This document shows, piece after piece, positions 9,713 to 22,016 of a stretch of 58,375 nucleotides of DNA (positions within the stretch are counted from its first letter, which is position 1; the number at the start of each line of letters is the position of its first letter). The notes beneath the pieces are model-generated. The model was given only the letters and a program-made list of their open reading frames with translations, had not been told where the DNA came from and did no database searches. The position numbers and the translations under genes were made by a program. Origin of the DNA: an uncultured Alphaproteobacteria bacterium (lineage in GTDB: Bacteria > Pseudomonadota > Alphaproteobacteria > JAAXGF01); contig CAYYWV010000002.1 in assembly GCA_964475385.1 (NCBI GenBank), positions 1 to 58,375 on the forward strand, given 5' to 3'.

Positions 9713-10530
9713 GAGGCGAGCGCGAGCCGCTCGCGCTTGAGCACCTCGCCCGCAAGGCGCAGGTAAGCGCGCGAGCCGGCGCAGTTGAGGTCGTAGAGCA
9801 GCACCGGCTTGCCGTGGGACGGAGCCTCGGTCACCCGGATGTTGCGCGGGATCACGGTCTCGTAGACCTTCTCGCCCATAAAGCTTCGGACGTCGGCGGC
9901 GACCTGATCGGAGAGGTTGTTGCGGCGGTCGTACATGGTGAGCACGACGCCGAGCATCTCGAGGGTGGGGTTGAGGTGGCGACGAACGCGCTCGACCGTC
10001 CGCAGAAGCTGGCTCAACCCTTCGAGCGCGAAGAACTCGCACTGCAAGGGCACCAAGATCGAATCGGCGGCGACCAAGGCGTTGACCGTCAACAGGCCGA
10101 GCGCCGGCGGGCAGTCGATCAGCACATAGTCGAAGGCCGCCGCCTCGCCCGCGAGCGCGCCGCGAAGCCTGAACTCACGCCGCGCGACGGCGGCGAGCTC
10201 GATCTCGGCCGCCGAAAGATCGACCTCGGACGGCAGAATGTGGAGCCCGGGCACCGCGGTCTCGCGCACCGCGTCGGCAAGCGCCGCCTCGCCCATGAGC
10301 ACGTCGTAGGAGCTCGGCCGGCGCTCCTCCCGGTCGAGACCGAGGCCGGTGCTCGCGTTGCCTTGGGGGTCGAGATCGATCAACAGCACGCGCTTGCGCA
10401 CGGCCGCGAGCGCGGTCCCGAGGTTGATCGCGGTCGTCGTTTTGCCCACCCCGCCTTTTTGGTTGGCCATCGCGATCACGCGCGCGGGCCGGCGGGCGGC
10501 GCGGTCAGGGCCGCGGGCGGCGCTCGGCAT
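9709..10530 (-). CDS. parA: chromosome partitioning ATPase ParA/Soj
   Basis: ORF 9709..10530. It has the deviant Walker A ANQKGGVGKTTTAINL. Confidence 0.95.
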   Translation of the reverse strand: MPSAARGPDRAARRPARVIAMANQKGGVGKTTTAINLGTALAAVRKRVLLIDLDPQGNASTGLGLDREERRPSSYDVLMGEAALADAVRETAVPGLHILPSEVDLSAAEIELAAVARREFRLRGALAGEAAAFDYVLIDCPPALGLLTVNALVAADSILVPLQCEFFALEGLSQLLRTVERVRRHLNPTLEMLGVVLTMYDRRNNLSDQVAADVRSFMGEKVYETVIPRNIRVTEAPSHGKPVLLYDLNCAGSRAYLRLAGEVLKRERLALAS

Positions 10531-11161
10531 TGCGGACTACCTCTTGTATATGCAAAATCGTGCCCGACGGGTCGGTCGCGCTCGGAATCCTTGTGACCCG
10601 CATTGTCCATTCTTTGGCCGCCGCGGTCAATTCCTCATCGACGCGCGCGCCCTTGAGGAAAAAGAGCTGCGTCTGCGGCCCGATGAGGCCCGCGGCGAGA
10701 TCCAAGAGCCGCGGCAATGGGGCGAGCGCGCGGGCGACGACCGCGTCGGCGGGAGCGGGGGGCAAGGACTCGATCCGGCCGCGGACCACCGACGCCGGCG
10801 CGCGCGTCTCGCGGATCGCGGTCTCGAGAAAGGCGCATTTCCGGCTGTCGGCCTCGACGAGAACGACCCCTTCGGCCCCCAGGATTGCGAGCACAAGGCC
10901 GGGGAAGCCCGCCCCGCTGCCGAGATCGACGATCCGGCGCGCGCCCGGCGGCAGAAGCGGAAAGAGCTGCGCCGAATCGAGCATGTGGCGACGCCAGAGA
11001 TCGTCGAGGCTCGCTTCCGAGACCAGGTTGATCCGCCGTCGCCAGCGCCGGAGAAGGGCGGCGTAGGCCTCGAGCCGGGCCAGTGTTTCACGTGAAACAC
11101 CGGTGGCGCGGGCGAAGCCCTCCGGGCCCATGGGCGGCTCGCGGCGTCCGCGTCCGGCCAT
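10505..11161 (-). CDS. rsmG: 16S rRNA (guanine527-N7)-methyltransferase RsmG
   Basis: ORF track 10505..11182. It has the N-terminal VSRETLARLE motif and the SAM motif VDLGSGAGFPGLVLA. The start is ambiguous: TTG 11182, ATG 11161 or ATG 11131. Confidence 0.9.
   Translation of the reverse strand: MAGRGRREPPMGPEGFARATGVSRETLARLEAYAALLRRWRRRINLVSEASLDDLWRRHMLDSAQLFPLLPPGARRIVDLGSGAGFPGLVLAILGAEGVVLVEADSRKCAFLETAIRETRAPASVVRGRIESLPPAPADAVVARALAPLPRLLDLAAGLIGPQTQLFFLKGARVDEELTAAAKEWTMRVTRIPSATDPSGTILHIQEVVRNAERRPRP
10546..10554 (+). repeat. GTATATGCA motif copy 1 (context cTTGTATATGCAAAat)
   Basis: Exact 9-mer. It lies in the last codons of rsmG (minor codons ATT TTG CAT ATA CAA), 15 nt upstream of the parA ATG. 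Confidence 0.9.
11084..11099. other. parS: parS centromere-like site (TGTTTCACGTGAAACA)
   Basis: Perfect 16-bp palindrome matching the ParB-binding parS consensus. It extends to an 18-bp palindrome at 11083-11100. It lies inside rsmG, encoding the VSRET motif, 554 bp upstream of parA. Confidence 0.85.
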
Positions 11162-11178
11162 CACCGGCGCGTCGCCTC

Positions 11179-13047
<1,869 letters not shown>

Positions 13048-13124
13048 GGCGCGCACTCTATGGGGGCGGCGAAAGGCTGTCAAAGCCCGCCGCAGGCTCG
13101 CTCTTGGGCGACCGAGGCCCCTGA

Positions 13125-13140
13125 TGTTTCACGTGAAACA
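13125..13140. other. parS: parS centromere-like site (TGTTTCACGTGAAACA)
   Basis: Second perfect 16-mer. It extends to the 22-bp perfect palindrome TGATGTTTCACGTGAAACATCA at 13122-13143, which includes the mnmE stop codon. It lies in the mnmE-mnmG spacer. Confidence 0.85.
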
Positions 13141-14481
13141 TCACTTGCCGATGCAGAACTCGGCGAAGATCGCATCGAGCACGTCCTCGACGTCGACCCG
13201 GCCCGTGATCCGGCCGAGCGCGCGGGTCGCGAGTCGCAGATCCTCGGCCGCAAGCTCGGGCGCATCCGCCGTCAGCGCGCGCGCGAGCGCCGCCCGACAG
13301 TCCTCGAGCGCCGACCGGTGGCGCTGCCGGGTCAAGGCCGGCGCCGCGGTCACGTCGAGGCGGGCGCGCAGCGCCTCGCCAAGAGCGGCGACGAGGGCGT
13401 CGATCCCAGCCCCCGTCCGGCAGGACAGCGGGATCGCGGGCCGGCCTGCGAGCGCCGCATCCGCCGCATCAGGAGTCAGCGGAGAGAGGTCGGCCTTATT
13501 GACCGCCACGATCGTATCGTCATCGACGAGCGCCCGGGTCTCGGGGTCGATCTCGGGCCAGCGCGTCGCATCGAAGACCGCAATGCGGAGATCGGCCGCC
13601 CGCGCGCGCGTGCGCGCCCGCCGCACGCCCTCCGCCTCGATCTCGTCCATTGCCGCCCGCAACCCCGCGGTGTCGACGAGCGTCGCCGGAAAGCCCGCGA
13701 TCTCCATCTCGACCTCGATCACGTCGCGGGTGGTGCCGGCGCGGGTCGAGACGATCGCCGCGTCGCGGCCCGCAAGCCGGTTGAGCAGGCTCGACTTGCC
13801 GACGTTGGGCGCGCCGACGATGACTACGAGCGCGCCTTCGCGCAGCCGCTCGCCCCGGCCTTTGTCATCCAGATGTTGGGTTATTTCATCCAACACACAC
13901 GAGATATCGTCTACCACCGCCGAATCCAAAGTCTCCGGAAGGTCTTCGTCCGGAAAATCGATCGCCGCCTCGGCGCGGGCGAGCGCGCGCAAGAGCCGCT
14001 CCCGCCAACGCTCGTAGACCGCGGCGAGCGCGCCTTCCGCCTGGCGCAGCGCCTGGCGGCGCTGGGCCTCGGTCTCGGCGGCGATGAGGTCGGCGAGCCC
14101 CTCGACCGCCGTGAGGTCGAGCCGCCCGTTGTCGAAGGCGCGGCGGGTGAACGCGCCGGGTTCGGCCGGACGCAGGCCCGGGATCGCGGCGAGCGCGCCG
14201 AGCACCGCCTCGACCACGGCGCGGCCGCCGTGGAGGTGAAGCTCGGCCATGTCCTCGCCGGTGTAGCTGGCGGGCCCCGGCAGCCAGAGAACGAGAGCGT
14301 CGTCGAGCGGCGCGCCGTCGGCCGCGCGCAGCCGGCGCAGGCTCGCCCGCCGCGGGGGCGGCACGTCCCCGGCGAGCGCGTTGAGCGCGGCGGATGCGCG
14401 CGGCCCCGAGATCCGGATCACCGCGATCGCCGCCCGTCCCGGGGCGGTGGCCGGGGCGAAGATGGTCACGCCGTCCTTCAA
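13141..14481 (-). CDS. mnmE: tRNA modification GTPase MnmE
   Basis: ORF 13141..14481. It has the G1 motif GAPNVGKSSLLN and the C-terminal FCIGK. The start is either TTG 14481 or GTG 14469, which has AAGGA 7 nt upstream. Confidence 0.95.
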   Translation of the reverse strand: MKDGVTIFAPATAPGRAAIAVIRISGPRASAALNALAGDVPPPRRASLRRLRAADGAPLDDALVLWLPGPASYTGEDMAELHLHGGRAVVEAVLGALAAIPGLRPAEPGAFTRRAFDNGRLDLTAVEGLADLIAAETEAQRRQALRQAEGALAAVYERWRERLLRALARAEAAIDFPDEDLPETLDSAVVDDISCVLDEITQHLDDKGRGERLREGALVVIVGAPNVGKSSLLNRLAGRDAAIVSTRAGTTRDVIEVEMEIAGFPATLVDTAGLRAAMDEIEAEGVRRARTRARAADLRIAVFDATRWPEIDPETRALVDDDTIVAVNKADLSPLTPDAADAALAGRPAIPLSCRTGAGIDALVAALGEALRARLDVTAAPALTRQRHRSALEDCRAALARALTADAPELAAEDLRLATRALGRITGRVDVEDVLDAIFAEFCIGK

Positions 14482-14512
14482 CGCGAATAACGCCGCAGGC
14501 TGTTTCCCCGCC

Positions 14513-14875
14513 CTACCGGGGCGGCGCTGTCGTTTCGGGCGACAGCATCAGGCGCGCCGCCCGGCCGCCTTCGACGAGGTGGCGCACAAGAATCTCCTCG
14601 ATGTCCTCGATGGTTTCATAGCGATACCAGACCCCTTCGGGGTAGACCACCATGGTCGGCCCGAGCTCGCACCGATCGAGGCAGCCCGATGCGTTGATCC
14701 GCACCCTTTCGAGCCCAAGCTCCTTGACTCGCGCCTTGAGATAGTTGCGCAGCCGCACCGCGCCCTTGGCGCTGCACGAGCCGCGCGGATGGCCCTCGGG
14801 CCGCATGTTGACGCAGCAAAAGACATGGACCCGGTAATAGAGCGGAGGATCGCCGCGCGCGGAGGTCGCGTCCAT
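14513..14875 (-). CDS. thioredoxin-like [2Fe-2S] ferredoxin domain protein
   Basis: ORF 14513..14875. The Cys pattern is HVFCCVN...GSCS...SGCLDRCELGP, with MVVYPEGVWY, typical of this family. Confidence 0.8.
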   Translation of the reverse strand: MDATSARGDPPLYYRVHVFCCVNMRPEGHPRGSCSAKGAVRLRNYLKARVKELGLERVRINASGCLDRCELGPTMVVYPEGVWYRYETIEDIEEILVRHLVEGGRAARLMLSPETTAPPR

Positions 14876-14893
14876 AGGCGTTCGCCCGTCCGT

Positions 14894-15151
14894 TCAGCCC
14901 TTGTTAGGCTCGGCGTCGGCCGTCTTGCCCGCGGCGGCCTCGCGCCAGATCTTTTGCCATTGCTCCCACGCGGCGAGGCCTTGGGGAGCCCAGGCTTTGA
15001 AGAAAGCGTCCGCGTCCAGACCCGCAAGGGCCTCGTCCATGCGCGTGCGCGCCGCGGCGAGAAAGGCCTCGTGCAGCGGCGCGACGTCGGGCAGGCCGAA
15101 AAGGCGGCGCGCCTCCTCGGGCGTACAGTCGATGTTGACAGTGATCTTCAT
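14894..15151 (-). CDS. small conserved hypothetical protein (85 aa)
   Basis: ORF track 14894..15274, trimmed to ATG 15151 (MKITVNIDCTPEEARRLFGLPD...). A GGGAGA RBS lies 8 nt upstream. I do not recognise a function. Confidence 0.5.
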   Translation of the reverse strand: MKITVNIDCTPEEARRLFGLPDVAPLHEAFLAAARTRMDEALAGLDADAFFKAWAPQGLAAWEQWQKIWREAAAGKTADAEPNKG

Positions 15152-15293
15152 CGCTCTGATTCTCCCGGCGCAAGGTGGAAGGCGCTGGACGGTCTTGCCC
15201 AGGGCGCGCCTGCGCCCCATTTGACGCAAATTAGGCCAAGCGCTGCCCTCCGGCAACGCCTGCGCGCAAGTCAAATGGTCCGGTCCTGCCGCG

Positions 15294-17327
<2,034 letters not shown>

Positions 17328-17451
17328 CGGAGCGGCGCGGCCGGCTCCGTCGTGACAGGCTTCGGCGAGCGCGCTAGGATCGCCCCGTCGCCCGGCGGCG
17401 GCGCTGCCGGCCGGGCCGGTTTTCGCGCTTATGATCTCGCGGGAGGAACCC

Positions 17452-18429
17452 ATGACGCGCGCCATCCGCATTCACGAGACCGGCGGACCCGAAGCGCTTC
17501 GCTGGGAGGACGTCGACGTCGGCGCCCCGGGACCGGGCGAGATCCGGGTTCGCCATACGGCGATCGGTCTCAATTTCATCGACGTTTACCTGCGCAGCGG
17601 GCTCTATCCTTTGCCCGGGCTTCCCGCCGTCCTCGGCATGGAAGCGGCCGGCGTGGTCGAAGCGGTCGGCCCCGGGGTCGAGCGGCCGGCCGTAGGCGAC
17701 CGCGTGGCTTACGCCGCCATGCCGCCCGGCGCTTACGCGGAAGCGCGCATCATGCCCGCCGACCGGGTGGTGACGCTGCCCGATGCGATCGACGACCGCA
17801 CCGCCGCGGCCATGATGCTCAAGGGCATGACCGCAGAGTACCTCCTGCGCCGGACCTTTCGCGTCAAGGAAGGCGACGCGATCCTGTTCCACGCCGCCGC
17901 CGGCGGCGTCGGACTGATCGCTTGCCAGTGGGCCAAGATCCTCGGCGCGACGGTCATCGGCACCGTGGGAACGCGCGAGAAAGCCGAGAAGGCGCGCGCC
18001 CACGGCTGCGACCACCCGATCGTCACGACCGAGGAGGACTTCGTCGCCCGGGTCCGCGAGATCACCGACGGCGAAGGCTGCGCGGTGGTCTACGATTCGA
18101 TCGGCAAGGACACCTTCGAGGGCTCTCTCGACTGCTTGGCCCCGCGCGGCATGTTGGTGCTGTTCGGCCAGTCCTCGGGCCCGGTGCCGCCGTTCGACGC
18201 CGGCGTGCTCGCGGCCAAGGGCTCGCTCTACCTCACCCGGCCTTCGCTGTTCCACTACACGGCCACGCGCGAGGAGCTCGATTCTTGCGCCTCCGCGCTG
18301 TTCGAGGTCGTCGCCGCGGGCAAAGTCGCCATCACCATCGGCCAAACCTATCCGCTCGCCGAGACGGCGCAGGCGCACCGCGATCTCGAAGCGCGCCGGA
18401 CGACGGGCTCGACCGTCCTCTTGCCCTGA
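17452..18429 (+). CDS. qor: NADPH:quinone oxidoreductase (zeta-crystallin type)
   Basis: ORF track 17431..18429. I prefer ATG 17452, preceded by GGGAGGA. Sequence shows IRVRHTAIGLNFIDVY and the nucleotide motif HAAAGGVG. Confidence 0.9.
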   Translation: MTRAIRIHETGGPEALRWEDVDVGAPGPGEIRVRHTAIGLNFIDVYLRSGLYPLPGLPAVLGMEAAGVVEAVGPGVERPAVGDRVAYAAMPPGAYAEARIMPADRVVTLPDAIDDRTAAAMMLKGMTAEYLLRRTFRVKEGDAILFHAAAGGVGLIACQWAKILGATVIGTVGTREKAEKARAHGCDHPIVTTEEDFVARVREITDGEGCAVVYDSIGKDTFEGSLDCLAPRGMLVLFGQSSGPVPPFDAGVLAAKGSLYLTRPSLFHYTATREELDSCASALFEVVAAGKVAITIGQTYPLAETAQAHRDLEARRTTGSTVLLP

Positions 18430-18489
18430 GTTCGGACCCGAACGCAGAAGGCGCCCGGCGCGCCGCTCTTGCGCCCGCGCGCAGAACGT

Positions 18490-18498
18490 TGCATATAC
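18490..18498 (-). repeat. GTATATGCA motif copy 2 (plus strand reads TTGCATATAC)
   Basis: Exact 9-mer on the minus strand, ending 6 nt upstream of the marR ATG (18505). Confidence 0.9.
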
Positions 18499-18504
18499 CC
18501 ATTC

Positions 18505-18966
18505 ATGGTGGAACGATTGCTCGGTTCCGCGCTTGCCGAACGCCCGGCCGAGGTGCTCGCCGCTTGCTTGTGCACCAACCTGCGCAAGGCCTCGCGGGTC
18601 GCGACCCAACGCTTCGACGCCGCCCTCAAGACCTGCGGCGTGACCGCCAATCAGCTCGCCCTTCTCCTCGCCTGCGCCGAGCCCGAAGGCGTCACGACGG
18701 CTGCGATCTCGACGGCGTTGGCCGTCGACCGCTCGACGCTGACGCGGACCCTGCGGCCCTTGGTCGAGAGCGGATTGATCGCGCGCGATGCGCGCGCGCG
18801 GCCGCATCGATATCGTTTGACCGAGCTTGGACGCGAGCGCGTCGCGGAAGCGCTCCCTCTCTGGGCGGCGGCCGAACGCGCGCTCGCCGAGGCGCTCGGA
18901 TGGGAGACCACGGCGCGGCTCCTCGCCGATCTCGGCCGGGTGGCCGCAAGCCCCAATGACGGCTGA
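18505..18966 (+). CDS. MarR-family transcriptional regulator
   Basis: ORF track 18469..18966, trimmed to ATG 18505 (MVERLL...). The winged-helix region is GVTANQLALLLACAEPEGVTTAAISTALAVDRSTLTRTLRPLVESGLI. Confidence 0.85.
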   Translation: MVERLLGSALAERPAEVLAACLCTNLRKASRVATQRFDAALKTCGVTANQLALLLACAEPEGVTTAAISTALAVDRSTLTRTLRPLVESGLIARDARARPHRYRLTELGRERVAEALPLWAAAERALAEALGWETTARLLADLGRVAASPNDG

Positions 18967-18987
18967 ACCGGCCGCTTCTTCAATCTT

Positions 18988-18996
18988 GTATATGCA
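18988..18996 (+). repeat. GTATATGCA motif copy 3 (context cTTGTATATGCAGGaa)
   Basis: Exact 9-mer in the 44-bp spacer between the convergent marR and rho stops. It is in inverted orientation relative to copy 2. Confidence 0.9.
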
Positions 18997-19010
18997 GGAA
19001 CGCGGCGCGC

Positions 19011-20267
19011 TCAGGCGTTCATCGAATCGAAGAACTCGGCGTTGTTCTTGGTGCTTTTGAGCTTATCCAGCAGGAACTCCATGGCGTCGATCGGGCCCAT
19101 GGGCATCAGAATGCGGCGAAGCACCCACATCTTCGACAGCACCGCCTTGTCGACCAGCAGCTCCTCCTTGCGGGTGCCCGACTTGCTGATATCGATGGCC
19201 GGGAAGGTGCGCTTGTCGGCGAGCTTCCGGTCCATGACGATCTCTGAGTTGCCGGTGCCTTTGAACTCCTCGAAGATGACCTCGTCCATGCGCGAGCCGG
19301 TGTCGATCAACGCGGTCGCGATAATGGTCAGCGAGCCGCCGCCCTCGATATTGCGGGCGGCGCCGAAAAAGCGCTTGGGCCGTTGCAGCGCGTTGGCGTC
19401 GACGCCGCCTGTGAGCACCTTGCCCGACGACGGCACCACCGTGTTGTAGGCGCGCGCGAGGCGGGTGATCGAATCGAGCAGGATCAGCACGTCGCGCTTG
19501 TGCTCGACGAGACGCTTCGCCTTCTCGATCACCATCTCGGCGACCTGGACGTGGCGCGTGGCCGGCTCGTCGAAGGTCGAGCTCACCACCTCGCCCTTGA
19601 CCGAGCGCTGCATGTCCGTGACCTCTTCGGGCCGCTCGTCGATCAGAAGAACGATGAGGTAGACCTCGGGGTGATTGACGGCCACCGCATGGGCGATGTT
19701 CTGCATGAGCACCGTCTTGCCCGCCCGCGGCGGCGAGACGAGAAGCGCGCGCTGGCCCTTGCCGAGGGGCGCGACAAGCTCGATCACGCGGGTCGAAAGA
19801 TCCTTGGTCGATCCGTCCTCGACCTCGAGATGAAGGCGCTCTTCGGGGTAAAGCGGCGTGAGGTTGTCGAAATTGACGCGGTGGCGCGCCGCTTCGGGCG
19901 GATCGAAGTTGATGGTGTTGACCTTGAGCAGCGCAAAATAACGCTCGCCGTTCTTTGGAGCGCGAATCTGGCCCTCGACCGTATCCCCGGTCCGCAGCGA
20001 AAAGCGCCGAATCTGGCTGGGCGAAACGTAAATGTCATCGGGGCCCGGCAGATAATTGGCCTCGGGCGCGCGGAGAAAGCCGAAGCCGTCCTGAAGGATC
20101 TCGAGAACCCCTTCGCCGTGAATCGCCGTGTTGTTCTCGGCAAGCTGCTTGAGGATCGCAAACATCAGATCCTGTTTGCGCAGCATGCTCGCGTTCTCGA
20201 CGCCGAGCTCTTCGGCGTAAGAGAGAAGGTCTTCGGGCGACTTGAGCTTGAGCGCTTTCAGATTCAT
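19011..20267 (-). CDS. rho: transcription termination factor Rho
   Basis: ORF 19011..20267 (418 aa). It starts [27 protein letters not shown], has the Walker [13 protein letters not shown], and shows full-length Rho architecture. Confidence 0.98.
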   Translation of the reverse strand: MNLKALKLKSPEDLLSYAEELGVENASMLRKQDLMFAILKQLAENNTAIHGEGVLEILQDGFGFLRAPEANYLPGPDDIYVSPSQIRRFSLRTGDTVEGQIRAPKNGERYFALLKVNTINFDPPEAARHRVNFDNLTPLYPEERLHLEVEDGSTKDLSTRVIELVAPLGKGQRALLVSPPRAGKTVLMQNIAHAVAVNHPEVYLIVLLIDERPEEVTDMQRSVKGEVVSSTFDEPATRHVQVAEMVIEKAKRLVEHKRDVLILLDSITRLARAYNTVVPSSGKVLTGGVDANALQRPKRFFGAARNIEGGGSLTIIATALIDTGSRMDEVIFEEFKGTGNSEIVMDRKLADKRTFPAIDISKSGTRKEELLVDKAVLSKMWVLRRILMPMGPIDAMEFLLDKLKSTKNNAEFFDSMNA

Positions 20268-20363
20268 GGCTGGAACGTCGAAGGATAAGGAGGGAAGTCG
20301 GCGGAACGGAAGACCCCGCCCCGGCGCGGGAATGTGGGGATATGCGGTGTTACACCACTTCCG

Positions 20364-20378
20364 TTAATGGCTCGTTAA
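20364..20378. promoter_or_regulatory. CtrA-type box TTAA-N7-TTAA in the rho 5' region
   Basis: Exact TTAAtggctcgTTAA, about 100 nt upstream of the rho ATG. It is the only full match I found in the window. Confidence 0.3.
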
Positions 20379-20491
20379 GGCTATTCGATGGTTGTCCGGC
20401 GAGGCGTCCCGGCGCGACAGTCTCTGCGCTCTCGCCAAAGGAAAGCGACCCAACAGTAACGGGACCGGAGACCCCGAGTCAAACGGCGCGT

Positions 20492-20932
20492 TCAGAACGG
20501 CCGCACGATCACCAGGATCACGATCCCGATCATAAGGACGGTCGGAACCTCGTTGGCCACTCGATAGAACAGATCGCTCCGCCGATTGCGGCCAAGGGCG
20601 AAGTCCTTCCGCCACATCGCCATCAGCATATGGGCCGCAAGAAGGCCGAGAACAAGAACGATCTTGACGTGAATCCAACCTTCCGTGAAATCAACCGCCT
20701 CGGGCACGAACAAAAGCCACAGACCGCTCGCCAGAACGAGGATCATCGCCGGCGTCATGATCGCGCGCAGGAGGCGGCGCTCCATGACGATGAGCATCTC
20801 GGACGCGGCCGTGCCGGGCTCGGCCCCGCAGTGGTAGACGAACAGTCGCGGCAGGTACAGAAGGCCCGCCATCCATGCGATCACGGCAATCACGTGAATC
20901 GCCTTAACCCACAAGTAGACGTCTGCGTCCAT
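20492..20932 (-). CDS. hemJ: protoporphyrinogen oxidase HemJ
   Basis: ORF track 20492..21001, trimmed to ATG 20932, which has AAGGAGG upstream. The sequence YLWVKAIHVIAVIAWMAGLLYLPRLFVYH is typical of HemJ/UPF0093. Confidence 0.85.
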   Translation of the reverse strand: MDADVYLWVKAIHVIAVIAWMAGLLYLPRLFVYHCGAEPGTAASEMLIVMERRLLRAIMTPAMILVLASGLWLLFVPEAVDFTEGWIHVKIVLVLGLLAAHMLMAMWRKDFALGRNRRSDLFYRVANEVPTVLMIGIVILVIVRPF

Positions 20933-20933
20933 G

Positions 20934-22016
20934 CTACACCTCCTTGCCCCGCCGCGGGCAAAGTCGAAACCCGCGCGGGCACGCGCCAGCGGAATCATCA
21001 CAAGGGGCGAGCCCGGGGCCGGCGGCGAGCGCGCGGCGGATCAGGCCCGCAAGCGTTTCTATGAACAACGGCGCGGTGCCGAGCGCGGGCGCGCGCCGAT
21101 AAAGAGGCACGCCGGCGTTCTCGGCGAGACGGCGGTACTCGATATCGAGCTCGACCAGAGTCTCCGAGTGCTCGGAAACGAAGGCGATCGGCGCGAGAAC
21201 GACGGCCACGCGGTCGCGCCCCGCGCGCGCGAGCTCGTCCGCGGTCGACGGCCCCACCCATTCGAGAGGACCGACCCGGCTCTGATAGCACACCGTCCAG
21301 TCGAGCGCTGAACAGCGAGCCGCAAGCGCGTCCGCGATCGCCTGCGCCGTCCGCTCGACTTGCCAAACGTAGGGATCGCCGCGCGCGACGATCTTCTTCG
21401 GCAGACCGTGGGCCGAAAACAGAACACGGAACGGCCTCTCCGCGCCGATCGCCGCGATTTCGGCCTCGATCAGCGCGGCGTGGGCGGCGACGAAGCCGGG
21501 CTCGGTCGGGTAGCAGCAGATGCGGTGAACGGGCGCGGTAAGCCCCTCGCGCGCCGCGGCGCGCTCCCAAGCCGCGAACGACGACGCCGTGGTCGTCGAA
21601 GAAAATTGCGGATAGAGCGGAAGAAGAACCACCCGATCGGGGTTGAAGGCCGCAACCTCGGCCGCCGCCGCATCGCTCATTGGATGCCAATAGCGCATGG
21701 CGATAACCACTTTCACCGCGCCAAGATCGGAAAGCGCGCGCGCAAGCGCTTCGGCCTGAGATCGGGTCTCGGCGTTGAGCGGGGAAGCGCCGCCGATCTC
21801 GGCGTAGATCTTCCGCGCGGTCGGCGCCCGCCGATGCGAAACCAGGGTCGCAAGGCACCAGCGCAATGGTTGCGGCGCGCCGACGATGGCCGGGTCGTTG
21901 AACAGGTTGAACAGAAAAGGCTGAACCGCTTCGGGCGAATCGGGGCCGCCAAGGTTGAACAGAACGACCGCGATTCGGTCTCCGACTTTCCCTGTCCTTT
22001 CGCGCGCTTCGATCAT
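20934..22016 (-). CDS. hemH: ferrochelatase
   Basis: ORF track 20934..22397, trimmed to ATG 22016, which overlaps the hemE stop (ATGA). Sequence shows VVLFNLGGPDSPEAVQPFLFNLFNDP and IAFVSEHSETLVELD. Confidence 0.95.
   Translation of the reverse strand: MIEARERTGKVGDRIAVVLFNLGGPDSPEAVQPFLFNLFNDPAIVGAPQPLRWCLATLVSHRRAPTARKIYAEIGGASPLNAETRSQAEALARALSDLGAVKVVIAMRYWHPMSDAAAAEVAAFNPDRVVLLPLYPQFSSTTTASSFAAWERAAAREGLTAPVHRICCYPTEPGFVAAHAALIEAEIAAIGAERPFRVLFSAHGLPKKIVARGDPYVWQVERTAQAIADALAARCSALDWTVCYQSRVGPLEWVGPSTADELARAGRDRVAVVLAPIAFVSEHSETLVELDIEYRRLAENAGVPLYRRAPALGTAPLFIETLAGLIRRALAAGPGLAPCDDSAGACPRGFRLCPRRGKEV

Noticed and set aside
10541-10575. Possible sigma54 promoter (GGGCACG-attT-TGCA) overlapping motif copy 1 upstream of parA
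   Set aside because: With the GG and GC dinucleotides correctly spaced, the rest of the -24 element does not match TGGCAC. The other motif copies lack any GG element. I treat it as coincidence.
18988-19020. EcfG-type general-stress promoter (GGAAC ... CGTT) right after motif copy 3
   Set aside because: The spacer is 14 nt, not the 16-17 required. It would also drive transcription antisense into the rho 3' end.
20492-20932. Lower G+C of hemJ (and to a lesser degree rho) as a sign of horizontal acquisition
   Set aside because: hemJ is a small polytopic membrane protein rich in Ile, Leu, Phe and Lys, and rho is highly conserved. The synteny hemE-hemH-hemJ-rho is typical core. There are no flanking repeats or mobility genes.
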